This document shows positions 29,737 to 39,747 of a stretch of DNA of 64,000 nucleotides, one piece after another (within the stretch, counting starts at the first letter, position 1; every line of letters begins with the position of its first letter). The position numbers and the translations under genes were made by a program. Origin of the DNA: Minisyncoccota bacterium (lineage in GTDB: Bacteria; Patescibacteriota; Minisyncoccia; Phycocordibacterales; Phycocordibacteraceae); contig JBAYHD010000001.1 in the NCBI GenBank assembly GCA_041666305.1, forward strand, positions 91,574 through 155,573, read 5' to 3'. A model generated the notes under the pieces. That model searched no databases, was not told where the DNA came from, and worked only from the letters and a program-made list of their open reading frames with translations.

Positions 29737-31896
29737 TCAGGTAGTTGTCGCAACGGTAGGGGCCGACAAAGGAACAGGAAGCATCACTCCACCCGAAAAA
29801 AGGTCGGGATGATTGAAATACCACGAAGAAACCCCGTATTCCCAATACGCGAACTGAGGGTCTTGTGCCGGACTCAAAGGAGAAGGTCCTTGCGGATTAT
29901 TCTTGTCGGTCCAATACAATAGGTCATGAGGAAAAATGTTTCCTTGCCCATCAGGGATGCGCCAGTTTCCTTGTAGCATGGGCGGGACAGTATTTAGGAT
30001 AGGGCTCGGCTCTCCAAAATACATTTTCGGGTATTTTGAAAGGGCATAGGCCATGACCTCGTGCCACATCGGTGCAGCGATGAAGCCGGCGATGGATTTC
30101 ACCATTTTTGAGTTGTCGTTATTTCCAACCCACACGCCGAGCGCGATGGATGGGGTATACCCGATCACCCACGCATCGCGCGTATCATCAGTCGTACCAG
30201 TTTTTACCGCGACATCGTACCCCTGGAACGAAAGGGGGGAATTAAGCGGATATTCTGGCAGGCGCGCATACGCATTAGAGAGCATCGCCGACATATCGTG
30301 CGCGATATTCTCAGGGAGTACTTGTGAGGGCTGGGGGGTGAATTGCGTGACGACATTCCCTCCAGCGTCAGTAACCTCCAAGATGCCCGTTGGAGGGTTT
30401 GTGATGCCACTGTTCGCAAAGACGGCATAAGCACCCGTGAGATCAAGTAACCGCACTTCGCCGCCGCCGAGCACGAGTGTGAGGCCGTACTGGTTCGGGT
30501 CGCCGAGGGTGGTAAGTCCGAATGATTTCGCGAGATTTATAGCGTTCTGGATACCGACCAAATAGAGAGTTTTAATAGCAGGGATGTTGATAGATTGGGC
30601 GAGTGCCGTCTCAAATGTCATGGGGCCGCGGAATTTTTCATCGTAATCGGAAGGCGCATAGCAAGGAGGGGTATTGTTGAAATTGTCGGACGGCTTGCAC
30701 GATGTTGAAAATTGCGTCGGCGTGTCGAAGATGACCGTGTCGCGCGTATATCCGTGCATGAGCGCAAGAGAATAAATGAACGGCTTCATCGTCGAACCTG
30801 GTTGACGAAGAGAAAGAGTCGCATTGTATTGGCCGTCGATGGCTTTATCGAAGAAATCTCGAGAACCGACCATGGCGAGGATCTGCCCAGTGGGAGGATC
30901 GATGGCGACAAGAGAGGCGTTCGAAGCTCTGAAACTTTTTTCGTTTTGCAACGCATACGCATTCACAATAGATTCGGCTTTGACCTCAAGATCGGCGTCG
31001 AGTGTTGTTGTCACCCGCAGTCCTGACATAAGAGCATTCGGTCCGTACATCGTTTCAAGTTGGTTGAGGATGTAGAAAACGAAATGAGGAGCAATGATGG
31101 CGTTTTGTCCTGCGGGAGCGAACAATACCTGTTCGGAAGAAGATTTCGCGTAGGTCGCAGCGTCGATAAATCCAAGCGTCTGCATCCGCTCCAGCACAAG
31201 ATTCTTTCGTGCATCAAGCTCAGCCCGATGAGAACCATACGGGGAATAATATGAAGGAGCCTGGATCATTGCCGTGAGATACGCGGCCTGAGCAAGGGAG
31301 AGATCTTTTGCCGGTATGCCGAAATAAGCCTCAGAGGCAGCCTCGATGCCATAGAGCGTGCCTCCATACGGGATGTTGTTGAGGTATGTCTCCAAAATTT
31401 GTTCTTTCGAATACACCTGTTCCAGTTTGATGGCGAGCACCCACTCATGGATCTTTCGGATGACGCTTTTTCGGCTCGTGAGAAGGGTGTTTTTTACCAC
31501 CTGCTGGGTGATGGTGGAACCGCCTTGGGATAAAGATCCCCCCGCGGCATCGGCGAGTATGGCGCGGAAGATTGAGGTAAGACGGATTCCTCCGTGTTCA
31601 TAGAAGCTTGAATCCTCAACCGCTATCGTGGCGTTGATGGTGTTCGGCGAAATATTGGTAATGGGCACAATTTCGCGCTTCGCATCGCGATTGTAGTCGT
31701 AGAGCAGAACCTGGCCGGTGCGGTCGTAGATCTTTGTCGACTGATCTACTTGCCGAGAGGCGAAGGAGCTGATGTCGGGTACCGGAGTTACGGCGACCGC
31801 CACAAAGATTCCGCCTGCCAGAAAAAAACCGAGCCCAAAGAGGGCGAGAACGGATGCGAGGAGCGTATGGCGCCATGGGGCGTGCCGACTAGCCAT
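29737..31896 (-). CDS. class A penicillin-binding protein (PBP1A family)
   Basis: ED..FYEH.G, QGGSTITQQ, RQPGSTMKP, S.N, KTGT. Confidence 0.95.
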   Translation of the reverse strand: MASRHAPWRHTLLASVLALFGLGFFLAGGIFVAVAVTPVPDISSFASRQVDQSTKIYDRTGQVLLYDYNRDAKREIVPITNISPNTINATIAVEDSSFYEHGGIRLTSIFRAILADAAGGSLSQGGSTITQQVVKNTLLTSRKSVIRKIHEWVLAIKLEQVYSKEQILETYLNNIPYGGTLYGIEAASEAYFGIPAKDLSLAQAAYLTAMIQAPSYYSPYGSHRAELDARKNLVLERMQTLGFIDAATYAKSSSEQVLFAPAGQNAIIAPHFVFYILNQLETMYGPNALMSGLRVTTTLDADLEVKAESIVNAYALQNEKSFRASNASLVAIDPPTGQILAMVGSRDFFDKAIDGQYNATLSLRQPGSTMKPFIYSLALMHGYTRDTVIFDTPTQFSTSCKPSDNFNNTPPCYAPSDYDEKFRGPMTFETALAQSINIPAIKTLYLVGIQNAINLAKSFGLTTLGDPNQYGLTLVLGGGEVRLLDLTGAYAVFANSGITNPPTGILEVTDAGGNVVTQFTPQPSQVLPENIAHDMSAMLSNAYARLPEYPLNSPLSFQGYDVAVKTGTTDDTRDAWVIGYTPSIALGVWVGNNDNSKMVKSIAGFIAAPMWHEVMAYALSKYPKMYFGEPSPILNTVPPMLQGNWRIPDGQGNIFPHDLLYWTDKNNPQGPSPLSPAQDPQFAYWEYGVSSWYFNHPDLFSGGVMLPVPLSAPTVATTT

Positions 31897-31914
31897 TCCG
31901 CGTATGGTACCACA

Positions 31915-31938
31915 CGGCCCCGCTTTAGTGCGGGGCCG
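31915..31938 (-). terminator. GC hairpin downstream of acidic micro-ORF
   Basis: CGGCCCCGC-N6-GCGGGGCCG. Confidence 0.55.
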
Positions 31939-31955
31939 GCGGGCGCTCTATTTAG

Positions 31956-32057
31956 TTAGTATGTATCTTTTTCGTCTTCGTCTTCGAATTCTGGTTCGAT
32001 GCCGGGGGTCATCTCTTCTTCACCATCGATGTCCTCATAAGGATTCGTATCACCCAT
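31956..32057 (-). CDS. 33-aa acidic micropeptide (not in ORF track)
   Basis: MGDTNPYEDIDGEEEMTPGIEPEFEDEDEKDTY*. Confidence 0.6.
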   Translation of the reverse strand: MGDTNPYEDIDGEEEMTPGIEPEFEDEDEKDTY

Positions 32058-32148
32058 ATGGATAGATTTAGATTTAATCCCGCGAAGGGACGGTTACATT
32101 TGAACAAATTATTTCCCGTATGCAAGCATCTTTTGCTTATCCTGTGGA

Positions 32149-32625
32149 TTACCGGCGCAAAAGGCCGGAAGCGAGCGCGGTAATGCCTATTGCTATGGCG
32201 TCCAACTCATCATCCAACCGTTTCTTTTTCGAAAGGGTGAGAAGTTGGGGGACCATTCGGGCGACCGCGCCTTTGTCCGCTCCGCCGTGGCCGGTGACCG
32301 CCAGTTTTACCTGTTGAGGAGAACACTCTATGACCGGAAGAAAAGCACTGCCGGCTGCGGCAAGTATTGCGCCGCGCGCTTCCGCGACGCCGAGTGCGGT
32401 TTTTTTGTTCACGCTGAAGAAAAGAGTTTCTATGGCGAGCGCGTCTGGTTTGTATTCCGTGATCGCATCGGTGACGCCGCCACTCACGCGCGCGAGGCGG
32501 TCTTCGCGCGCCCCTTTGTCGGGAATAATGCAATCGCTCCACAAGAGCGTCGGTCGCGACGGATCTCCTTCGATGACGGCGATGCCGAGCCGGTCGTAGC
32601 CCGGGTCAATCGCCAATATTCTCAT
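32149..32625 (-). CDS. ruvC: Holliday junction resolvase RuvC
   Basis: MRILAIDPG, E.LFF, EARG, VK..VTG.G.ADK, DD..DA.A. Confidence 0.95.
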   Translation of the reverse strand: MRILAIDPGYDRLGIAVIEGDPSRPTLLWSDCIIPDKGAREDRLARVSGGVTDAITEYKPDALAIETLFFSVNKKTALGVAEARGAILAAAGSAFLPVIECSPQQVKLAVTGHGGADKGAVARMVPQLLTLSKKKRLDDELDAIAIGITALASGLLRR

Positions 32626-33160
32626 ACCCGCGAGCGTTGGTGAACACTTGCTGCACATCATCATGCTCGTCAAGCGCTTCGAGGATGGCGCCGAGACTCG
32701 TTTCATCATCGCCGCTGACTTCCATAAGCGGCTCATTCGGAATGTATTCGTTTCCTGTTTTTGTAAATGCCCAACTTGCGGCGCCGGGATTTGCGAGTTC
32801 AACGCCCTGCAGTATGAGCAAGTGTTTGATTTCTTGCGTCGTGCGGTTCTTGTTGTCGGTGAGGGCGTCGATTATGAGCGCGGTGCCGCCCGGACCGTAC
32901 GCTTCATACACAACCTGTTCGAGATTCCCGGAATCTTTTGAAATGCCCTTTGCGATGGCGCGCTCAATATTATCTTTCGGCATATTTGCGGCTTTGGCGC
33001 GCGCGATGACGACGGTAAGGCCCGGGGCGGTGAGGATGCCGTTCGCTTTCTTCGATTCAAGCGCGATAAGACGTGCGTAACGCGAGAAGACGCGACTTTT
33101 CGCCGAATCGGTGACGGCTTTCTGCCGTTTTATCTGGGACCATTTGCTGTGACCGGACAT
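32606..33160 (-). CDS. yebC: YebC/PmpR family protein (shortened, 184 aa)
   Basis: MSGHSKW, NMPKDNI.RAI, YE.YGP.G, TDNKNRT, DDVQ.VF.N. Confidence 0.93.
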   Translation of the reverse strand: MSGHSKWSQIKRQKAVTDSAKSRVFSRYARLIALESKKANGILTAPGLTVVIARAKAANMPKDNIERAIAKGISKDSGNLEQVVYEAYGPGGTALIIDALTDNKNRTTQEIKHLLILQGVELANPGAASWAFTKTGNEYIPNEPLMEVSGDDETSLGAILEALDEHDDVQQVFTNARGYENIGD

Positions 33161-33162
33161 AG

Positions 33163-34164
33163 CTAGAACATAGCACCGGCATCTTCACCGTTCAAATACG
33201 CACGACCTTGCTGTGTGAGAATACGCCCGCGCGGCGAGCGTTCGATGAAGCCAAGACGGAGCAGATAGGGCTCATAGACGTGCTCCACCGTGTCCGGATC
33301 CTCGTGCAGGCCGGATGCGATAGCGCGAACGCCCGCCGGGCCGCCGCGAAAACTTTTGAGAAGGGTTTCCAGATATCGGCGGTCGTCTTTAGTGAGCCCG
33401 CGCGCATCGATGCCGAACAATTCGCACGCCTCATCGCATAGTTCGGGGGAAAGTTTCCGGTCGTGGACTTCGGAGAAATCGCGCACGCGTTTCAGAAGAG
33501 CGTTCGCAACGCGCGGCGTCGCACGGCTTCGCGCCGCGATGCGCTCGATGACGTTCTCCGGAGCTTTAAGATCAAGGAGAAGTGCGGAGCGGCGGATGAT
33601 GTCGCGTAAATCGTCGTCGTTATAAAAATCGAGCTGGAAGATGCCGCCGCCGAAACGAGAACGGAGCGGTCCTGAAAGTTCGGCGACGCGCGTTGTTGCG
33701 CCGATAAGTGTGAAAGGAGAAAGAGCGAGTTCTACCGTGCGTGCCGACGGCCCTTTCCCAAGCACGATATCAAGATGCCCGGATTCAAGTGCAGGATACA
33801 GAAGTTCTTCAATTTTTCGTGAGAGACGGTGAATTTCATCAATGAAGAGCACGGTACCCGGTTCAAGATTGGTGAGAATCGCGGCGAGGTCGCCTGCGCG
33901 CTCAATGGCAACACCCGAAGTACTCTTCATCGGTGCATCAAGGGTCGCAGCAACAAGGTGTGCGAGTGTCGTTTTGCCGACGCCCGGTGGTCCGTAGAAA
34001 AGAATGTGTTCCGGCATCCCGCCGCGCTTCTTCGCGGCATCAATAGAAATGCGCACGTTCGCTTTAACCTGCTTTTGGCCGACGTATTCGTCCCAATTAC
34101 CGGGGCGTAGCGCCGCATCGAGCGATTTCGGTAGGGAAGCGAGGGGCGACGGTGCTCTTGACAT
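33163..34164 (-). CDS. ruvB: Holliday junction branch migration ATPase RuvB
   Basis: LRP, GPPGVGKTT, FIDEIHRL, GATTR, EPYL, PRGR. Confidence 0.97.
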   Translation of the reverse strand: MSRAPSPLASLPKSLDAALRPGNWDEYVGQKQVKANVRISIDAAKKRGGMPEHILFYGPPGVGKTTLAHLVAATLDAPMKSTSGVAIERAGDLAAILTNLEPGTVLFIDEIHRLSRKIEELLYPALESGHLDIVLGKGPSARTVELALSPFTLIGATTRVAELSGPLRSRFGGGIFQLDFYNDDDLRDIIRRSALLLDLKAPENVIERIAARSRATPRVANALLKRVRDFSEVHDRKLSPELCDEACELFGIDARGLTKDDRRYLETLLKSFRGGPAGVRAIASGLHEDPDTVEHVYEPYLLRLGFIERSPRGRILTQQGRAYLNGEDAGAMF

Positions 34165-34186
34165 AAAATTACTGTGTTGCTATTAT
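34158..34186 (+). promoter_or_regulatory. near-consensus sigma70 promoter driving the intergenic ncRNA
   Basis: TTGACA-N17-TATTAT with extended -10 TG. Confidence 0.8.
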
Positions 34187-34192
34187 CTTATC

Positions 34193-34328
34193 ACACCCAG
34201 ACAGTAAAAGACGGCGTTGCTCCTCTGTGTCAAATAATCAATTTTGCGCATCGAGTGCATCATGCACCCGGTGTGTGAGTTCGACAATAGGCAAGAGAGC
34301 AAAAATAACACCGTCTTTACATGCTGGG
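34193..34328 (+). ncRNA. unassigned long hairpin RNA domain (rod 1)
   Basis: CCCAG/CTGGG, GTAAAAGACGG/CCGTCTTTAC, TTGCTC/GAGCAA, GCGCATCG/CGGTGTGT, GTGCA-TCA-TGCAC; G-U pairs favour + strand. Confidence 0.55.
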
Positions 34329-34508
34329 CATGGTTTTTTGTTCCTGTTCATACTCCTCTAGGCAAGGCTTGACGGCTTCGGGCGTTTCCCCAAGGATTTT
34401 CTGGTTTGGTACTCCGGTACCGATGCTGGGATGTTCCTCAGGTGCTACGTCCACCCCGCTTAATTGCGGGTTATTGCCTTGAGGACTATGGACGGGATTT
34501 TGTGTTTT
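34329..34508 (+). ncRNA. ssrS: 6S RNA-like rod
   Basis: Closing stem TCCTGTTCATA-TCCTC-AGGCAA / TTGCCT-GAGGA-TATGGACGGGA, central bubble with 3' side hairpin CCCGC/GCGGG, inner stem GGGCGT/ACGTCC, apical TTGGTAC-TCCG-GTACCGA, T-tract end. Confidence 0.65.
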
Positions 34509-36178
34509 TAGCGCGGAAGGTCGACGGTCGCGGCGACTTCGGAAAGAGAGGTGATGCCGGCGAGCGCTTTGATGATGCCGTCTTGCGCCATAGTGAGATA
34601 ACCTTGTTTGGTAGCGAGTTTCGCAATTTCGTTTTCAGGCGGATTGTCGCGCAGGAACTCCGCGAGCTCGTCATCCATAAATATCGCTTCATATAAACCA
34701 ATACGACCTTTGTAGCCGGTTTCTTCGTCATTCGCCGGAGCTGGTTCCCACACGGTCTCAATGTTCTCGGGTATCAAAGATTTATCGGCAAGCGGTTCAA
34801 ACACTTTCGTAATCATTTTTTTCTCTTCCGCGGTGAGAGGGCGTTCTTTTTTCTTATTCGGGTCCAGCGTGCGAACGAGGCGCTGCGCCATGGAGACCGT
34901 GACGGCAGAACCAAACGACTTCGGGTCCGCGCCGAGATCCGCGAGGCGCGGGAAGGTGCCGGCGGCATCGTTCGTGTGGAGCGTGGAGAAGACGAAGTGG
35001 CCCGTGAGCGCCGCTTGGATGGCGATGTCTGCAGTCTCGCCGTCGCGAATTTCGCCGACCATGATGATGTCCGGGTCTTGGCGCACAATTGATTTCAAGC
35101 CTTCGGCGAATGTGTATTTCTTGCCCTCCACTTGCGTTTGTACGATACCCGGAAGATGGTACTCGATCGGATCCTCGATCGTGATGATCTTTATTTCCGG
35201 CGAATGGATTTCGCGGAGAAATGAATAGAGCGTCGTCGTTTTTCCGCTACCGGTAGGACCGGTGGTCAGCAGCATGCCGTGCGATTTCCGTATTTCTGCT
35301 TCAAGGCGGGCAAGAAGTTTTGGATGGATCCCTAATTCTTTATACGACACTTTGGTCGTCGCAGGATCAAGGATGCGCATCACGATGGACTCCCCGTAAT
35401 TTCCCGGAATGAACGACACGCGCACTTCTACTTGGTAGTCTCCTTTTGCAACGCTGAACCGCCCGTCCTGCGGACGATTGGTTATGTTGAGCTTGGCTCC
35501 AGAAAGGAGTTTGATGCGCGAATTAAGCTGGTGATAGACCGCGGGATCGAAGTGATAGGTGTCGGAAAGAAGGCCGTCGATGCGCAAACGGAGGAGCGTG
35601 TTCTCTTCTCCCGGCTCAAGATGGACGTCCGAGGCGCGAAGTGCGAATGCACCGGCAAGGATGAGTTCAAATATGTGCGAGACACGGTCGAGGGATTTGA
35701 CCGCAATAGCGGCATCAAGCCCTTGCGTGAGTGAGCTCCGCGTCTGGCTTTCGCTCGTAAGTTTTGCGAGCGTTTCCGGCGCAACGATAAAAACACCGGC
35801 TTTTGATTCGGATGCATAGGAGAGATCGCTGTAACGCGAGAAGACGCGCTCGAGACTTTTCTTTGATACGAGAAATTCCTTGAGCGCAAATCCGCGTGCA
35901 ACGAGCTCTTCGCGAAGTTTCGCAAGCGCAGGATTATTCGGGTTCTGTACGGCGAGCGAAAGTACCTTCGCCGTTTTTGCGAACGCCGCCGCCTCGGCGA
36001 GGCGCGCTTCCTCTTCGGGAATGATGCGGAGCGCGTCGCCGTCTATCTCTTTCAGCGAAAGGTCGGCATACGAGAGACCGTATTTATCGGAGAGTATGCG
36101 CGCCACGTCCTCTTCCTCGCGCTCGTGTATGCCGGCGAGCTTCGCTTCTTCGCCGGCAGTATCAAACGGTGAATCCAT
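34508..36178 (-). CDS. second PilB/GspE family ATPase
   Basis: ASDVHLEP, PQDGRF, GPTGSGKTT, RQDPDIIMVGEIRD, TGH...STLH. Confidence 0.92.
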   Translation of the reverse strand: MDSPFDTAGEEAKLAGIHEREEEDVARILSDKYGLSYADLSLKEIDGDALRIIPEEEARLAEAAAFAKTAKVLSLAVQNPNNPALAKLREELVARGFALKEFLVSKKSLERVFSRYSDLSYASESKAGVFIVAPETLAKLTSESQTRSSLTQGLDAAIAVKSLDRVSHIFELILAGAFALRASDVHLEPGEENTLLRLRIDGLLSDTYHFDPAVYHQLNSRIKLLSGAKLNITNRPQDGRFSVAKGDYQVEVRVSFIPGNYGESIVMRILDPATTKVSYKELGIHPKLLARLEAEIRKSHGMLLTTGPTGSGKTTTLYSFLREIHSPEIKIITIEDPIEYHLPGIVQTQVEGKKYTFAEGLKSIVRQDPDIIMVGEIRDGETADIAIQAALTGHFVFSTLHTNDAAGTFPRLADLGADPKSFGSAVTVSMAQRLVRTLDPNKKKERPLTAEEKKMITKVFEPLADKSLIPENIETVWEPAPANDEETGYKGRIGLYEAIFMDDELAEFLRDNPPENEIAKLATKQGYLTMAQDGIIKALAGITSLSEVAATVDLPR

Positions 36179-36302
36179 ATGCGCATTATTCTACCATCGC
36201 ACTACACGCGGGAATGAACTGACGGATAGAAATACTGTGGTATACTGCAGATCAGAAGTCCCCCAGGAGTTGAACGGTTTAATTTTATGGAGGTACCAGG
36301 CT

Positions 36303-36698
36303 ATGAGGTTCTTAATGGCAGTTGCAGTTCTTTTCGTCGCAAGCCTAGCAGCTTCGCCCGCGTACGCGGCCTGCAACATCATCAACGGCCAGCAATATTG
36401 CGACAACTCAGTATTGCCCGAGCCAGCCGTAACGCCCCAAACGCCGGCTGTCCCGCGACAGCCGCCGGTGGTATATGAAGCCCCTCGTCCGGCATGTCCG
36501 CCCGGAACGTATTCGAGCGGTCGGCTGGACCAGTATGGCAGGCTCATCTGCTATCGCCCCATCCAAGTCTACGCGCCGGCATATGTTCACCCGTATTACG
36601 CATATCCGTTTTACTACGGGCCAAGCATATACCTCGGATTCAGCGGCCACTTCCACGGTGGCGGGCACAACGGAAGGCATCATGGCATCCATCGCTAA
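36303..36698 (+). CDS. orphan secreted Pro/Tyr/His-rich protein (SD-led)
   Basis: Signal peptide AYA, four Cys, low-complexity tail; TGGAGG upstream, TGG-TATACT promoter. Confidence 0.75.
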   Translation: MRFLMAVAVLFVASLAASPAYAACNIINGQQYCDNSVLPEPAVTPQTPAVPRQPPVVYEAPRPACPPGTYSSGRLDQYGRLICYRPIQVYAPAYVHPYYAYPFYYGPSIYLGFSGHFHGGGHNGRHHGIHR

Positions 36699-36721
36699 TG
36701 CTGCGCCGCAGGGCAGTAACC

Positions 36722-36758
36722 AGTGCGCCTATCACGAGGTAGGCGCACTTTCTTTTTG
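36722..36758 (+). terminator. Rho-independent terminator
   Basis: AGTGCGCCTA...TAGGCGCACT followed by TTCTTTTT. Confidence 0.85.
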
Positions 36759-36778
36759 GGCGGTACAATGAACCCATT

Positions 36779-37222
36779 ATGGGAAAGGCTGTCCAGGCAC
36801 TGTCAGAATTTGAAGCCGAAGCCGCGCGTTTCGCGGGCTCACTTGCGCCGATTACGGGAAGTGCGACCCTCGTCACGCTTTCGGGCGAGCTCGGGGCGGG
36901 GAAGACTGCATTTACAAAAGCCGTTGCGAAAGCGCTCGGCGTTGAAGACACTGTGACCAGCCCGACGTTCGTACTCGAAAAGATATACTTACTTGGAGGC
37001 GAAGCCTCCAAGTTCAAGAGACTTATTCATATCGACGCATATCGTTTGGAAAAAGGAGACGATCTCGCACCACTCGGTTTCGATGAACTTATGAAGGATT
37101 CTGACAATCTTGTTCTATTTGAATGGCCGGAGAAGGTGGCGAGTGCGCTTCCGGTCCCCGCCGTACGAATATCATTTGTCGTGCAATCGAATGGGTCGCG
37201 CTTAATTTCATATGCCCGGTAG
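36779..37222 (+). CDS. tsaE: tRNA threonylcarbamoyladenosine biosynthesis ATPase TsaE
   Basis: GELGAGKT, SPTF, HIDAYRL, EW. Confidence 0.95.
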   Translation: MGKAVQALSEFEAEAARFAGSLAPITGSATLVTLSGELGAGKTAFTKAVAKALGVEDTVTSPTFVLEKIYLLGGEASKFKRLIHIDAYRLEKGDDLAPLGFDELMKDSDNLVLFEWPEKVASALPVPAVRISFVVQSNGSRLISYAR

Positions 37223-37353
37223 AACAACTTCAGATAGATTCTTTGTGCGTCAGGATTTCGCTCCAAAAACATGATATATGTGCCGTGGTAACGTTTACAT
37301 GATGAATCATACGAAGAATCAAAACGCACAATCCGAAGTTGTGCTCACCGGGT

Positions 37354-39747
37354 ATGACTAAAAAATCGACCGCGAAGAAACGCATTGTACTTCTGGATAC
37401 GCATGCCATCATTCATCGTGCGTATCACGCACTCGCAGCGGCAGAACTGACGAGTCCCACCGGGGCTCCGACCGGAGCGCTTTATGGCCTTGTGTCCATG
37501 CTGCTCAAGATAATCGCGGATCTCAAACCCGATTACATCGCGGCATGCTACGACCTGCCGAAGCCGACCATTCGTCACGAAGCGTATGCCGAATACAAAG
37601 GCACGCGCGTGAAGACCGATGATGCACTCGCACTTCAGATACAGGAATCCAGAAAAGTATTCGAGGCATTTTCTATTCCAACCTATGAACGGGCCGGATT
37701 TGAAGCGGACGATCTGCTCGGCACCATTGCGCATGAGATGCGCGATGAGAAAGAGGTAGACGTCATCATCGCTTCGGGCGATATGGATACGCTCCAGCTC
37801 GTTGATAAAACGCGCGTCCGTGTGTACACCCTGAAGAAGGGCATCAACGACACGATTTTGTACGACGAAAAGGCGGTGGAGGCGCGGTTCGGCTTTCCGC
37901 CGGAACTTATCCCCGATTGGAAAGGGCTCCGCGGCGACCCGTCCGACAACATAAAAGGCATTCCCGGCATCGGCGAAAAAACCGCAACCGAACTCATTAC
38001 CGGATTTGGCTCCATTGAAAAAATATACGCAACGCTTAAGAAAGGCGAAGCGGCTTTCGTGAAGAAGGGAATAAAAACTCGGATGATAGGTCTTTTGAAA
38101 GACCACGAAGAAGATGCTCGTTTTTCAAAATCGCTTGCGACGATACGTCTCGATGCTCCCATCGCATTCGGATTGCCCGAACATGAATGGAATGAGAACG
38201 TCGATCTCGCAAAAGTGCTCGCGCTTTTTGATGAATTCGGTTTTCGTTCACTCAGAGATCGTGCACGCACCGTGCTCGCGCATTCTCTCGGAGAAAAACA
38301 TGTCCCGGAAGAGTCTTCCGCACCCGCTTCTGAGGAAGTGGATGCAACTCGTTTCGCCAAGGCGCAAGTGAAGCTTTGGCTTCTCGCTTCGGACTTTACG
38401 AATCCGACGCTTGACGACATTCTCGCCTACACGAAGAAAACGAAATTTGAAGAAGCGGACGCGGAGCTTTCTAAGTTCGTGCGCGAGACCGGCAAACTGC
38501 AAGAAGTGTATGAAAAAATAGAGGAGCCGCTCATTTCGGTCGTCGATAAGATGGAAAAGAGGGGAGTGCTCATTGATACGGCAGTATTGGATGAGCTCGC
38601 GAAGAAATATCGCACTGAGCTTGAAGCGCTCGAAAAACATATCTATAAGGACGCGGGGCACGAATTCAATATCAGCTCTCCCAAACAGCTCGGCGATGTA
38701 TTGTTTGATGAATTAAAACTGGTTCCGGATCGGCACAAAAAGACGGCGGGCGGCCAACGCTCCACGCGCGAGAGTGAGCTCGAAAAGATTCGCGACATGC
38801 ATCCGATCATCGGAGATATTCTGGAATACCGAGAATTGAAGAAATTACTCTCTACCTACATTGATAATCTCCCGCCTCTGCTCGATGAGAATCATCGCTT
38901 GCATGCCGAATTCCTGCAGACCGGCACCACCACCGGGCGCATGGCTTCACAGAATCCGAACTTGCAGAATATCCCGCTCCATTCTGAGCGCGGGCAGGCA
39001 ATTCGCCACGCATTCATCGCGCCAAAGGGATTTGAACTCGTGTCGCTTGATTATTCGCAGATAGAACTGCGCCTCGCGGCCATTCTTTCGAGAGATGAAA
39101 AGTTGTGCGCGATATTCAAGGGCGGTCGTGATGTACATCAGGAAGTCGCGGCATTCGTATTCAACGTCGCACCTGAAGCAGTTGATAAAGAAATGCGGCG
39201 CCGGGCAAAAGTAATTAACTTCGGCATTCTCTATGGCATGGGTGTTAATGCGCTTCGAGCTCAGCTTGGCTCTACGACCGCCGAGGCGCATCAGTATCTT
39301 GAAGAATATTTCTCGACATTCAAAACGCTTTCCGAATATCTGGAAAGCACGCGCGGCTTCGCGCGCAAGCACGGCTACACTGAAACGCTCTTTGGCCGCC
39401 GCCGCCAATTCCCGGAGATGAAATCATCTCTGCCGTATGTACGCGCGCAGGCTGAACGCATGGCTATCAATGCGCCTTTACAAGGAACGCAGGCGGACAT
39501 CATAAAGCTTGCGATGGTCCGCGTGGACGAGATGCTGTCGCAGGATCGCGCCCAGGAAGATGCATATTTGCTTCTTCAAGTGCACGATGAGCTAGTGTAT
39601 GAGATACGCACCGAACGCGTCGACGCTTTGAGCTCGAAGATAAAAGAGATTATGGAGTCAGTGTTGCCGGCAAAAGAGACGCACGGCGTGCCTATCATTG
39701 CGACGATGAAATCCGGTCCAGATTGGGGTGCAATGCATTCGGTATGA
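37354..39747 (+). CDS. polA: DNA polymerase I (5'-3' exonuclease + polymerase, reduced 3'-5' exo region)
   Basis: EADD, GDPSDNI.G, TGRMAS.NPNLQNIP, DYSQIELR, AK..NFG..YG, QVHDEL. Confidence 0.97.
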   Translation: MTKKSTAKKRIVLLDTHAIIHRAYHALAAAELTSPTGAPTGALYGLVSMLLKIIADLKPDYIAACYDLPKPTIRHEAYAEYKGTRVKTDDALALQIQESRKVFEAFSIPTYERAGFEADDLLGTIAHEMRDEKEVDVIIASGDMDTLQLVDKTRVRVYTLKKGINDTILYDEKAVEARFGFPPELIPDWKGLRGDPSDNIKGIPGIGEKTATELITGFGSIEKIYATLKKGEAAFVKKGIKTRMIGLLKDHEEDARFSKSLATIRLDAPIAFGLPEHEWNENVDLAKVLALFDEFGFRSLRDRARTVLAHSLGEKHVPEESSAPASEEVDATRFAKAQVKLWLLASDFTNPTLDDILAYTKKTKFEEADAELSKFVRETGKLQEVYEKIEEPLISVVDKMEKRGVLIDTAVLDELAKKYRTELEALEKHIYKDAGHEFNISSPKQLGDVLFDELKLVPDRHKKTAGGQRSTRESELEKIRDMHPIIGDILEYRELKKLLSTYIDNLPPLLDENHRLHAEFLQTGTTTGRMASQNPNLQNIPLHSERGQAIRHAFIAPKGFELVSLDYSQIELRLAAILSRDEKLCAIFKGGRDVHQEVAAFVFNVAPEAVDKEMRRRAKVINFGILYGMGVNALRAQLGSTTAEAHQYLEEYFSTFKTLSEYLESTRGFARKHGYTETLFGRRRQFPEMKSSLPYVRAQAERMAINAPLQGTQADIIKLAMVRVDEMLSQDRAQEDAYLLLQVHDELVYEIRTERVDALSSKIKEIMESVLPAKETHGVPIIATMKSGPDWGAMHSV

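Noticed and set aside
34238-34351. 37-aa minus-strand ORF MNRNKKPCPACK... with AGAGGAG upstream
   Set aside because: Lies antisense to the promoter-driven structured RNA and its apparent SD is part of the RNA stem; not excluded but unsupported
34190-34440. RNase P RNA reading on the minus strand (GAGGAACATCCCAG ... CTGGGTG)
   Set aside because: Lacks the conserved ACAGAA before the 3' P4 strand; promoter and G-U pairing support the + strand
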